NCBI GenBank assembly: GCA_012295275.1
Contig: CM022667.1
Coordinates: forward strand, 6,510,001 to 6,574,000
Direction of reading: 5' to 3'
Source of the DNA: Chrysomallon squamiferum
Lineage: Eukaryota; Animalia; Mollusca
Length of the DNA stretch: 64,000 bases
A program made the position numbers and the translations under genes. Each line of letters opens with the position of its first letter. Position 1 is the stretch's first letter. Positions 1 through 13,755 of the stretch are shown here, piece after piece. The notes beneath the pieces were generated by a model that saw only the letters and a list, made by a program, of their open reading frames with translations, had not been told where the DNA came from and did no database searches.

Positions 1-34
1 TATTAATTTGTCTGCATTTATTTGTTCACTTCCG

Positions 35-65
<31 letters not shown>

Positions 66-469
66 ATAAACCAACAAATAGTTTTATAAAGGACAATTCA
101 AGAAAGAGACTATTTTAAATAACTTGATATATCTCTAATATATTCTCTATAATCAAATGAGAAATTATACATAATTGGTTCAGGAAAGTATGTACTCAAC
201 TGGTGTTATGAAATTAAAGTAGAAACACATCAAACATATACTCTTTGAAAATGGGTTCTAAATAAGCAATAAGGTTTATGAGAACGAAGGTCTATCCAAG
301 TTATAACAATAAAACAAAGTTTACTGATATTCTCTGCATAATCAATTTTGTTTTAATATAAATCCAGTACTTGAGGTGTACTGATTGAGAGTTTTATTTT
401 TCTGAATAATAATAATAATAATTAATGAAAAATAAGAAAGAAATAAAGGGTTAAAGTTGCTAAAAAAGT

Positions 470-2690
470 AATATTTCAATTACAGCTCTATTGTTTTTTT
501 TTATAAAATATCTCTTGTTATTTTTATATGATGGAAATTAAACATTACCAGTTCAGTTAGGAATCACTGTTTTCAGTATATAATTTGATAAAAAATACTT
601 CATAAATTCAATGCAATTAATGGGATTTTTAATGGTACTGATCTGATAAATCATCCTGAAATCATGCTGAATTTAATAGAGAGGGTGCTGATTAAGCTAA
701 TGAATTAAATTTGCATGAAGAAAGATGGATGCAGGAAAGAAAAGGAACATATTATTAAAACAGATGTTTATAAGGCTTGAGATTATGTATTAATTGAATA
801 CATTACTTTGAGGATGATTTTAACAAATGTAATCAGATTAAGATCATGAACTGCAAAAAGATATTACTAACAATTAAAACAATTATTATAATAATATAAT
901 GATTTTTTGTTTGCATTAGAAAATTATATTAGCTTAGATCATTTCATAACAGTGTTATAAATGAATTTGTAATCAATAGTCTTTATTTATTTACAGCACA
1001 GACATAACTGTAAATAATATGAATTTAGTCAGGCTGTGGAAAAACATTTTTGCCAGCTGCTTTTGTGCCCATTTCAAAAGTTTTAATTTTGTTCTCCTCC
1101 AATTACAGTTACCTCCAGTTTGGTCTTTTATATATAGTTGTGGTTTAATTGTCACATGAATATTAATGAATCATATCTGAAATGGAATATTTTCACACTC
1201 TGCTGAGTAATTATAAAGAACTAACTTCATTTAGTTTCACTGTGTAAGAATATTTGAGACAACTGTACCTGCTGACTAAACTCATAACAAGATCACAGAC
1301 CACTGGATAACAATCTCTTCCTAATGCAAATTGTTTTTTTCTCCACAGTGATGAAATGACCTGATCTGAATAAAGAAATAACCTACCAGATTCAGGTGTT
1401 GTTGTTGAACCTAAGATATTTAATTATTTTTTAAAAAAATAAAAAAATATATATATAAGGAGTTGAAAGAAAGTCAGTGTACAATTACACATATCAATAA
1501 GTTTAATAAATACACAAACAGATATATTAATCAAATTAATGTAAATGTTTAAAGCTTATGATTATTACTTTTACTCTGGAAAATAAATGGATTACAAGTA
1601 TGTGGCTAGCATAATATATATTTATTCATATCTTATGCACATAAATGTTTATAAATTAATCCCTTATGTCTTTGTATGGTAAAAGATAATAACATAAAAA
1701 TATTCTTGTATTAATAAAATTCCTTTCATGGTGAAAATATATTTAATTTCATTTATAATAATATATTCTTTACACATTAATATTTATCGGCAGTGCAGGA
1801 AGGATGAGATAGTCTTGTGTCAGTGAACTCCGACTGTTCTCATTTTGATGAAATGCGATCATCTTAGGCAGATATGGAAAGAATATTTGGTCAAATAAGT
1901 GTGATGGAACCATTTCAATTCCATCCTGAATTTGTTTTGAAATTCAGAGAATTACAGAATTTTATCATAAATTATAATTTAAAGATAGTGTGATACTTTC
2001 TGTGTAGCTCTTTGTGCTATGATTTTACTGATTTTGGTTTTGAGTTTTTAAATGAAGGACGTTCACCATTTTGGTATATTTAACTTTGCTTGACACTCAA
2101 TAGCTGATGTATATATAAATATATATTTTTGTGCAGGTTTGTCTTTAAACATTCATCCATTCCTATTAATATTGTGACTAAACATCTAAAAAGATAGACC
2201 AGCTGCAGGAAATTATATAGTATGATGAATGGAATGGAATGAAACTGTATAAAGACACAAGTATACATTTCATTTCACAAAACAGTTAATATAAACTAAA
2301 GAAAAATATAAAAATATATATATTAAAATAAGTAAGAAATAAAAAGATAAAAATTCAAGGATCCTGTGTGCTATAAAGAAAAGTACTACTGATGAAAGAG
2401 TAGTGTTCAAATACAGCTATGACTGTTTTTTCATAAAACATCTGTTATTTATTTCAGGTTGGAAACTAAACATTTCTACAGATCACTACCTGTTTAGAAG
2501 GTAATCACTGTTTTCAGTTAGTAACTTAATTAAAGTACTTCACATATAAGCGATGCATTCAATTAACTTTGATCATTTCATAACAGTGTTATAAATGAAT
2601 TTTTGATCAATAATTATTATTTATTTACAGTAATGTACAGTTGTAAATAATATGAATTTAAGGTGTGGCAGAATGTTTTAGCCAGTTGGT
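470..2690. repeat. Diverged intronic direct duplication (~470-1060 versus ~2400-2690) in gene A
   Basis: Shared blocks such as aatcactgttttcagt, gatcatttcataacagtgttataaatgaattt and gtaaataatatgaattta occur in the same order. The first copy has ~315 extra bases at ~621-936. Confidence 0.75.
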
Positions 2691-4833
2691 ACCACTCCAG
2701 TATGTCTAATTTGAATATGTGCGAACACTAATTTTTACAATATTATTTTATTCTTTTGATCACAATGACCAGCTCTTTTGTTTCAATGAAATCTTAGGCT
2801 GATATCTATTCAGAGAAAAAAAGAAAAAGAAAGTTAAAAGAAAAAGAAATTAAATAACATAATAAAATGTGTGCTGATCTCATTGATAGGTTTATTTCTA
2901 TGACCCTGATTTGACTTGTCCACATGTACTAATACCTTAGGTGGTCCAAATTAAAAAAAGGTAACTAATGTGACCTCGAGATGACCTTTACTGAAATTTA
3001 ATCTCCCACTGTATAACATTTCATTATTACATTTATTAGTTTTAATAACAATAATTACAGATATTATATATATATATATATATATTTTTTTTTTTATTTG
3101 TAGTTCTAGTATACATTCTAACATCAGCTGTAAATAAAAATACAATAATATACCAACATCAACACAAAACCAAACATGTTAAACTTACGTAATTCAGATT
3201 TGTCACAAGTTGATGGATTTCCATTTGTTCCATCTTTGCATTTCCATGTTCCCACATCTGTATCATTGAAAGACTGAATAGTTAGAGTTATCTGTGTTTG
3301 TGAGTCAATAACAGCAGAGTAACCAGATGATCCAAAACACTCAGTGTTGTCTGAGTTACACTGTACAACTTCCCTTCCTCCTGGTGCTATGAAGCTTATT
3401 CCTATTGTGACTGAACCAGTTATTTTACACACCAACTGTGTACTGTGTCCTGGTTGTCCACCACCCATACAGTCAAGTGTTGTATTAGCCTCACCTGTAA
3501 TTATTATTAAATATCAGGTATATCTATTATTTTTAATATTACAGTTATTTTACATTCTGAGTACTTGTTGTACATACAGTCAAGTGTTGTAGTAGCCTCA
3601 CCTGTAATTATTATTAAACAGTAATACCAGGTATATCTATTATTTTTAATATCGGAGTTACTTTAGATACTGTAAACAAGTTGTAAGAAGAAACCCTTGA
3701 AGAAAAGTATGGTAGATTAATTAACAATGCATGGAACTATGTTATGGCTTTTTCCTGAATGAAGATTAAATGGATAGCAACACCTATTTTCCAGAGCAGA
3801 ACATTTTATCAGAAGTTCATCGTATGCACAAAGTGTCTTAATATTTTTGTTTTTATTATTTATCCCTCCATGGAACATCAGCGGTTCATAGCTTCTGAAT
3901 AAAAGGTATTTAATATCATAATTGTAGGTACATTTTAAATGTTTGATTCAAACCTTGTGCAGCATATCCTTTTTACATTTTAACCTAAAAATAACAGATT
4001 TTATTTCAAGACTAATTTCAGTGGTAAAGGATATAGAACTATTTACTTTCACATAATTTAGTAAGCATTTGATTATCAGTACCAAAGCTCAGAATAGTTT
4101 GATTTGGGATGACTTTTTATTTATCAACACTGACATGTGGAGCATAATGCACTGATATGCATAAATTGTGAATTATGCATTAATGCTTCTAACATGCATT
4201 TTCTGATTGAATACTTCATAGCAGGATGTTGGAGGAAGTGGGCAGTGTATCTCTGATGCATCCAAATTTCTTTTTTTATATATATTTTTAATATATGCAA
4301 AACTATGTTTAATATAAGCAAAACATATATTATTCCTTCAGTTCCAAGCTACATTTAAATGGATTTTCTGATCTGTAAAAACAAAATATATATATATGTT
4401 TAAATTTTATATGTTGTTAGTAACATACTGGCCTGTAATGTTTATAACTGAAGTTCACTTCAAAAATGTGATCCAGAATGTACAAATGGTTATGAATTGT
4501 TCACATGGTCCTCTAGAGTAACAGGCCAGTGTTTTCATATATTATGTAGACACAAATACATGCTGTCATATCTGATTAGCCTACATTTAACAATTTATGA
4601 AAATTGAGATCATACAAACATTTCCTGAGATGATCATAAAGTGATATTTATCTTGAAAACAAACACCACACATACACACACAAACAAAACTGAATGAAAA
4701 ACGTTATGAAAATATTACATTATGATTTCACCTTTAAATGTACATAAAATTCAAATTCTTATTTACCTTTAATCAAGTTAACAGCAACAGCAGATATGAT
4801 CAGAGTAACTTCAGCGAACATTTTAAGAACCAT
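1387..4833 (-). CDS. Ig-domain cell-surface protein, family member A (subtype 1); 3' end not found and probably lies beyond the window start
   Basis: Exons: 4767-4833 signal peptide (MVLKMFAEVTLIISAVAVNLIKG, phase-1 gtaaat donor); 3189-3494 Ig exon, 306 nt, phase 1-1 (GEANTTLDC...QLVCKITGSVTIGISF...QITLTIQSFNDTDVGTWKC...STCDKSEL, with B-strand Cys and LTI/DxGxWxC motifs); 1387-1410 24-nt micro-exon (STTTPES). All bounded by AG/GT. Confidence 0.75.
3467..3655 (-). repeat. 107-bp-period tandem duplication of the gene A Ig-exon splice acceptor and first codons
   Basis: catacagtcaagtgttgta.tagcctcacctgtaattattattaaa occurs near 3467 and near 3574, giving two CAG acceptors (exon starts 3494 and 3601). 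Confidence 0.85.
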
Positions 4834-5481
4834 ATTCACCTGTCAAAAAAAAAAAATTACTTTAAAAACAAAATACAGTTACTGAATATCATGTTAGTGC
4901 AATGATGAGTAGTGATGTGTGTCTAATAAAATAAGTATCATATCTCCTCATGACCAGTGTTACAACCTTCTCTTACAGTTAAACAAAACTTTGTCCTGTC
5001 AAGGACCAGAGTGCAATCCTTGCTTTCTGAGAAGTTTCTGTTAAACTCTAGGCAGCAGTTGCCATATATGGTCATGACAGATGATCTTCTACACAAGTAT
5101 TATCCATGACTGTAAAAGTTATTCTGTATTTTTACAAATTCTGAAGTAAAACTATAAAATGATCTGTTCATCCACAGTGTTTCAGCAATTAATTATGAAT
5201 TAACAATGATTGTTGAAGGATTGCTTCATGGTACTAAATCACAGTCAAAGGTTTTGCCAAAGCAATATAATAAAAATTATACAGCTATGAAAATAATATT
5301 TTTTCACTTTAGTGTTGTTCTTTTTATTTATTTATATTGTAGGAAAGATAATATCATGGGTTTAAAGAAAACAATTGAGAAAAATCACATGTTTTGTTGA
5401 ACTTTACTTCATTTAGTAAAAACATTTCTGTAAATAGCAACAAGTGTTGTTTTAAAAATGTATACAACACACACACACCAC

Positions 5482-5549
<68 letters not shown>

Positions 5550-6358
5550 AATGTGATAACTTTGGTATAGTTATATTTTAGTTATATGAAAATTTATAGT
5601 GGAAATAAGATCACATTATCTTTAAGTTTTAAAAGGAGCACGATAATCAAAACATGTTGAGAGCTCACTTGTGTCAAATGATTTAATTTAAATCTATCAT
5701 TATATTTGTCTTTTCTTTTTTCCTTACAAAAGGATTATTTATATAAATATTATATGTGATTTTATTAATTTGCAATACCAGTTTAAGCTCAATCAGGAAA
5801 CATCTATAGCAATATGAGAATTCTAAAATATGCTTTTGACACCGTATTTGCAAAAGACAAATTCTACTTATTAAAATTCTTGTTATTATGATTAATAATT
5901 AGCATTAATAAAATCACAAAAATAATACAGCCTTAGACTTTTTTATGGATTATTTCTTAATTTTAGCTTTATTATCAGTTACCAACTGTGTATATAAATA
6001 CAATTTTAACATTTATTTATTTCCAGTTTCATACTAATAAACTTCAAAAGTATTTCCACTGTGTGTGCAGTCCTTATTTACTTATTATTATTTCTGAAAA
6101 GAAGTATGTGTTCAAGAGCTCTAAAATGTTCGAGAACACGAATAATAAATTAATTACTTTCAACTAATGTGTGTTTTACTAAAGTTTCTTTGAGGAATGC
6201 CCTCCTTTATCGTGATAATTGTGATAAACAAACATACCCAGTGGCTGTCTCTGTGTTTCTAAATCTAAATCAGTTCATATCATCGCGTTCGACCAATTTA
6301 GCCTCGTTTTTGTTTCTGTATCAGTGGGAAAAACTGGAAGTACATAGTTTCGTAAAAG

Positions 6359-7923
6359 ATGGATTTCAGGCGTTTGCTTCTCCTACTGCATTTTGATATT
6401 TGTTTAGGTAAGTTTCATTCTTTACTTACATTTTTATTCAGATCTAAATTCAATGTTATCTCGTTAATTGTTTAAAAGTGATTGTAGGAAGGAAAAGTAA
6501 GGTACGAAAATAAAAATTCAAATTTCTATAATTATTAAATAATTAATTGTACTAAATTCTAGTACTTAGCAATACTAATTCTAATAGTAATAGGAAGAGT
6601 TCCGATCGTTGTCCGCAGTATTATCTCTGTAAATAATTTTTGTTTGATCGAATTATATTCATAGTGTTGCTTTGCATTTGTGGAAGAAAGAAATTAAGAA
6701 TTGATCTTATTTTTAATTTTATGAATTACATTAATTAGCATGGACCAATAGGAACGATAACTCGTAACGGCACAAATTACGCCATGGAAAAAAGCCTCAA
6801 GAAATGTCGCCGATTTAATGGGTACAAACAACACCTGAATGTTCTTTTCTGCTGGGTACTGACAGGGGGAACATTGACAACTATAAAAGTTAATAGATTA
6901 ATCTTATTCCGAATTATAATTTCAGTTTATTATACAGTATACACATATTTACACAAAAGTAATCCAGTTTGAAAAGTTTGATTAAGTTGAAAAAGTAGTT
7001 AGAAAAGGCGCGTGACATCATGGTTTGGCAGTATGAACAACCATCCTTACCTTTGTCAGTGAAAATCATAAAAAGTGCTGGAAAAAGGACGCAAAATAAT
7101 TTAATTTGGAAGTTTAAAAATGTTCGTGAGCTCACGGACACTTCCGATCGAAATCCAAGGTGGCAGCGTCGAACGCCGATTAGTGTTTACAAACGTTTAA
7201 ATGCGTATGCCTTCATAATCAATGAAATCTGCATGTATTATTAAAAGTAATTTGGGGAAATATGTTATTTAATCAATGCCTCGTATACATAGATGTCTAT
7301 TACTGAGTAGAAATTGTCACAAAGGTCGAAACCTTTTCTTTTTTTTTAACTTTGACGTCATACCAGATGATACCATCTCGTACATGTTTCGTACTATATA
7401 TTTTTTCAGATATTATTACGACGTCGCCAGCCAAAACAATAAAATAAAATAAAATAATAATAATAAAATAAAATAAACAATTTTCACAGACTCTGGCGCG
7501 TGAATGTGAAGATGACTATTCTCATTAGGTACCATAATGTGGACACGTTACTCTGCTAAAACTCCATAGCGGACAGTTCTGAGTACCTACTTGTAAAACG
7601 ATAGTTGAAACCATTATAATTCTTATATATATTTATTTATTTATTTCCATTTTCAATGCATTAGAGGTATTTACATGTAAAAACCAAACTGATCACGTTT
7701 TATTTGACCGATTGCCTTGATACATAATCTTTATAACAATTGAATCAGTTTTACAACAGAATTTCTTTATTTTTTTTTTTAAATTACAGGTCAATCACCC
7801 GGCCTTATAATTTTTTTTTTTTTTTTTTTTTTTAAAATTACATTTTCACTCTTTTTCGTTAAAACAAAAAGCATTCAACTTTTAAAACATGATATATTAT
7901 GTATGCAAACAATGAGTTTCCTA

Positions 7924-7956
<33 letters not shown>

Positions 7957-8411
7957 TTGGTCCATGCTAATAGCAGACAGTTCTGGGTGTGTAGTTATAA
8001 AACGATACTTCAAACCATTAAAATTCTTTTATATATATATATATTTATTTCCATTTTCAATGAATCAGAGGTCGTATTTACATATAAAAAGCAAACTGAT
8101 CATGTGTTATTTGACTGATTGCCTTGATACAGTCATTATAACACTTGAATCAGTTTTAAGACAGAATTTCAAAAATAAGTTAGAGGTCCATCATCTGGAC
8201 TTATACATTTTTTTTATTAAAAATTAAATTATGACTCTTTTGTCAAAACAAAAAGCATTCAACTTCTAAAACATGAACTTTTATATATGCAAACAATGAA
8301 TTTCCTATTTTTATTTTTAAAAAATCATTGGTTCATGCTACATTAGTGATTAAAAGAAATGAATGTATTTCAGTTGCAGAGTACGTCTCTCTCTCTCTGT
8401 ATTTTTCAACT

Positions 8412-8465
<54 letters not shown>

Positions 8466-9991
8466 TTTTCAACTAACTTGGCTAACTCTAGTTTCATTCA
8501 TTCATCACCTTAATCAGTTATTGAATTAACTAATGGCAGAAGTTGTTTGAATTGGTCTAGAACATGTTTATTAGTACAAACTATTTTGTTATGTTTTTTG
8601 GATGTTAACAAAACAATTCAGTATTTTCTAAAGAATTGGTTGATTTTTAAAGTAAGCAACAAATAGTTAGATGAGCATGAAATTAATGGATGTCGGCATT
8701 TCATGCTAAATTACAAATTTTACATACTAGCCATCAATTTCCCAATAAAATTTCTTGCTAGTTTTGTTAACCCAAATCAAAAACTAATATGTGAATCCTG
8801 ATACTAAATAAATCAGCATTTAATATGGTGGTTATTTACATGTGAATTCACTGATTTGGAATTATGACTGATTAATACACTTTAAAAGGTCCAAACATAC
8901 TTTAGAATTGTTTTGTTAATTATTTTTTTAGCATCAATCAGAACATCATGATCAATACACTGCTATGCAGTAGCCATAGTTGTATTTAAGTGGCAGTGAG
9001 ATTCTGTAATTGTGTCAAAATATTTCAGCAGTTCACATGAAAATATGCAAAATATTTAATCAGTTTAAATCCTGTTGGATTCTAAAATTATTACTGTAAT
9101 TCTCAGTTTTTGTAGAGAAATAAACTACATCATTCATTTCACTTGATGATCTTCTGATGACTTTAATGACTTTTTGCTCAGAGGTGTTTTTCAGTTCGAC
9201 TTCTCATCTAGCACTGATAATTTTTCACTTGATAATAATCTATTCACTGATATTTTGATCAACTACTTCTTATCTAACTTTGATGAAATTATTATTGATA
9301 AAGTGTCATTTGAAACGCTTTCATTTGACAGTGCTCTAATATACAACATATCCATTTCTACTCATGATTGTTTTGCTGTCTTTGTTTTTTTTTGTGCAAC
9401 TCTTTGCCAAGCAGTGTAGTGTGTAACTTCTCCTTCCTCTTTCTCTTTTGATCTTCTTCAGTTGAAGAAGAAATTAATCATGCTGTAAACATCCACATTG
9501 TTTTGAGGAGAAGGCCTGTCCTAAATAACTGACATTGTGTTTAGCACTAAAACTAAAGCAAGGTTACTAAATAGTTTTTTTGCTAAAAATAAAAATAAAG
9601 ACAGTTTCTCAGAAAAATGTAATACTGGTTTTAAAGAATATTTTCTTCTGAGTCCACATTAAGTAAGTGAACATTTTTTCCTTAATTTAATCTGTATTCT
9701 CCACTTAATATTTTTCTATAATAAATAGTATGCATATCATTTTATTTATTTATCTTAATACACAAAGTCAGAACTCTTCAGTCCTGCAACAACCACTGCT
9801 GGAGTAAAATAATGATGTGATAGTGCAGATAAAGTATTGCCAACTTTTGTGACATTGCTACTTCTTGGGTCAGGATATGATATGTAGATAAAATTGTGCG
9901 CATGCATATGTCCATAAAGTCTCTTTGCAATTTTGAGAATGTATGACTTTGAAGCTCTATATAATAATATATTAATTAGTAAAAGAATAAC

Positions 9992-10031
<40 letters not shown>

Positions 10032-13000
10032 GTCTTATGATTCTGAAGTTTCTAAATTATATTTTCAGTTACATCATCAGTCACATTAACTAGGTTTAAT
10101 GTATCTCTACAAAAAGAAATTTACTGGAATGAAATCTGTAAATCATGGAGGCAGAAAAGTTGGTCTATCTGTTAGAAATTAATTTTTACAGCAAAATAAC
10201 AAAATGTTTTCTACAGACACAATAAGCAGGTTCAGTTTTGGACCCCAAATCCATAGGTTTTTAAACTGTAATTTTTGCTGTTAAGTAATTTATCATCTCA
10301 GTGTAATTAATTAATTTAAGAACATGTTTAAAAGTACTTATCAACATGTAATCTCAAGGGTGAAAGAATGTATTTTGGTGATGTTGGTTAGCATGTCGTC
10401 TTCCTAAAGCCTTCACCAAGTAACTGTTTCTGGGGCTTAGTCCCATTTGGTCTAATTCTCGATTGAACTGCTAAAACAACATCATTGGTCTTACATGCAT
10501 GTTGTTACCTCAGTTGTTATAGCAAACTGTTCCAGATTATTTGGAAACTGATTATTATTGTATACATTAGATGGTATGAGTGTCAGTTATTGTATAAAGT
10601 ATGCAAGAATGATAAATATCGACATAATCCACATACTAAATGTAATGAATGTCTGTAAATAACTAAAAAAGAAGGTATTAATCTAAAAAAAAATATATTT
10701 TTACAAAGCAATCACCTCCGCTTCATGAGATGACCAATAAGGTCCAGGTAATGCAGGGGTGTCTTGGTTATGTCAGTGAGCTGCTGCTTGAGGCGACTTA
10801 CTCTACTGTCAAGATCTTGGTGGACCGACTCTCTTCCTCTGTGCAGCTCCAGCATTCAACTGCACCAACTTTGCGCTTTTACATTTCTCTATCCCCTTGA
10901 TCAAGTCCACAAATCTGTTTGGATCTTGATGAGGAAGCAGCCAGTTGAATGGAAACCTTGCAGATTGTTGTTCATTCTTGAGGCATCATTGGTGAAGTGA
11001 TTCCACATGCAAAGAGGAAATCTTGCATCATCATCCACCCATGTTGTCACCTTGTAATTGGTGAATTCAACAGATCTGGGTACTGCTGGGGTGGTGCTCT
11101 CTTTCTCATTGTACTAACAAACTTCATGGTAGTTTAATTAATCGGAGCATAGTCATAACCGAAGTTGTTTCTAACAAAACCATCAACTGTGGTGATCTTG
11201 CCGACACAAGGCCGTTTGGTGCATCTCCGGTATGTGGTTTCTTCATTAACACAATTTTGACTGTATGTATAACCATCTAACCTAGGATGTTGTTTTCCAT
11301 GATTTATCTGCACAACTTCTACCTTGGGTAAACCCACCATTCTCAGAATGATAAATGTGAATTTTTTTTTTTTTTTTTTTTTTTTTCAAAAATATTTTTT
11401 CTACTCAAGAGGTCATGAAGAACATATATTGGTAAATGAACCATTGTCCGTCTCTACTGAAAGTTTGTATACAGAGTTTTATTCACAAAAGGCCATAGAG
11501 AATTTATGAAAAACTACGAAGAAGCCATGTTCATTACAAAAACAGATAATCAGATTTATGTACATTGGTAAATAAACCATTGTCCATCTATAAACAAAAC
11601 TTGTATAAACATGAAGAGGCCATACAGAGGTAATCAGGTATTTTGGTAGACAAGTTGTTTCGACCAAATGGGACAGCACCACATCCAGAGATGTTTTTGA
11701 AACTGAATATCCTTAGGATTTTGTATTTATATTTTATGTGGAAGGATCGTAGTCTGGATATTTTTAGCCATGTCATATGCTAGGAGTGCGATTTGCAGAG
11801 AAGAGCATTCACTACTCAGCTGTCATATATTAGTTAATACACTGCTGTATTTGACTGATTTCCACATAGACTTTATGCTGACCTGTGTCTGTTTAATGAA
11901 TCTGCTTTAGATGGGGTATGGAACAAATGGCACTGGAAAAAACGTCACTTTATTTATTTTTTCTGTATAGTTGCTTTTAAAAAACCTTAAAAGTACTTTT
12001 GAAAATACAGTTTATTCATGCAATAATGTTACATACATGTATGAATTACACATATTACACATCTACACATACATATACACTTATATACATGCATACATAC
12101 ATGTGCACACTCATATACAGGAAATTTTAATAGGAACTTCTAATGATATTGATAGTCACTGAAAGCTTTCCATATATTCTTAATAATTTCCAAGTAAATG
12201 TGAATGCCAAACTGTTTAAAGCAGAACCTTGTTTCCATAGCAGCATGTCAGGTGAAAGGAATAAAGATGTAATAATGAGGTTCAAACAAAACAAAGTATT
12301 AAGCAATATCAATAATTAAGTGGAAACATCCCATCCTTTTATCAGTACCAAAAAGTACAAGAAAAAAAGAATCCTGTGCAAAAACCAAAACATGCAGTCA
12401 AAAACATCTTCACAAATGTGGATTCTCTCACATCACTGAACAATGACCTGAGTTCAGCTGTTTTATCACTGATGCCTTTAAAAAAGCTTTTAATAGCAGA
12501 AGTAAGGTAAATTCTGTAGTGAATATGGTGGGTTTCCTCTTCAGTTATGAAGATCTATAAAAACACTTAAAGTACAGCTGCAGATCAGTGTTTCAGCTAG
12601 ACTTAATAAATAGGGTGAAGTGACTTTTCTGTCTAGTCATTAGGTGAGAAACTTTAGGGAGAAATGAGGTTTTGTGGAGAAGAAAAGAGACAGTAAGCCA
12701 AATGTGTTGAAAACACCAAATATTTTTTTAAACACAACAAACATTTCAGTACTTGGGTTGTCAGTGGCTTTACAGATTTTATCTGTTTTCCATTTTTTCA
12801 GTGCCTTGCTGACATCAAAACAAATAATGTCTGGTCCATCCTTGGAAATCCTCATCAGGTGATTTAGTGTATTATTCAGTTGCGTTCTCATGCTTATTTA
12901 CAATTACTTGCAGGCTTCTACTTGATATGTCTGACTTCTACATGCAAAGATTTGTAAATTGTAAACTGTACTGTCCTTATATTTATGTGCAGATATTTAT

Positions 13001-13114
13001 CATGTATTGTGCCCTGACCACAACAATTATTTCTTTCTTTTTTTAAACTGCTCAGTCATGAGAAAAAATATATATTATATTTATTTTTATTATTATTATT
13101 TTTTTTTTTTGACT

Positions 13115-13146
<32 letters not shown>

Positions 13147-13717
13147 TTTTTTTTTTTTTTTTTTTTTTTTATTCATTTATATATATATATTTTTTTTTGT
13201 CACCCCACATATAAACTGGAATGCTATATGGATACCTGACATCAAATCAGCCCTGACACAGTACAGATACAAGTGCCAAAACATCATTGTCAGCCATTCA
13301 TAAGGAGCTTAAAGAGACGAGTTGCCAGTTTTCACATGTTTTTGTAAACCTAGATATAGTTTAGCACATTACAGTAAAATATTCCAAATTTGATTTTTAC
13401 CAGTTATCACAAACACCAATTTGCCAAGTGATGCTGGTGTCCAAGAATTTCTTTTGTCTGCATAAATAAAATATTAAAGACAATATTATTAATTTTTAGT
13501 TATTTCATGATATACATCATTACTGTTCATTAAATATCAGTTCACAGAACAGCAGAATAAATGTAATTAAATTTGATTTTTAACTATATGTGTAAAATAT
13601 CACATATTATACCAGTTTCATGATACATTACAGACATAATTTATAAATTATTTGTATTTTATTTATTTTGTAGCAAATAACAAATAATCTCGATAATCCC
13701 ATTTTATAAATTACATT

Positions 13718-13755
<38 letters not shown>

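Noticed and set aside
9174-10024. Possible transposase or gene remnant
   Set aside because: Coding-like patches are present but carry no motif I can assign with confidence.
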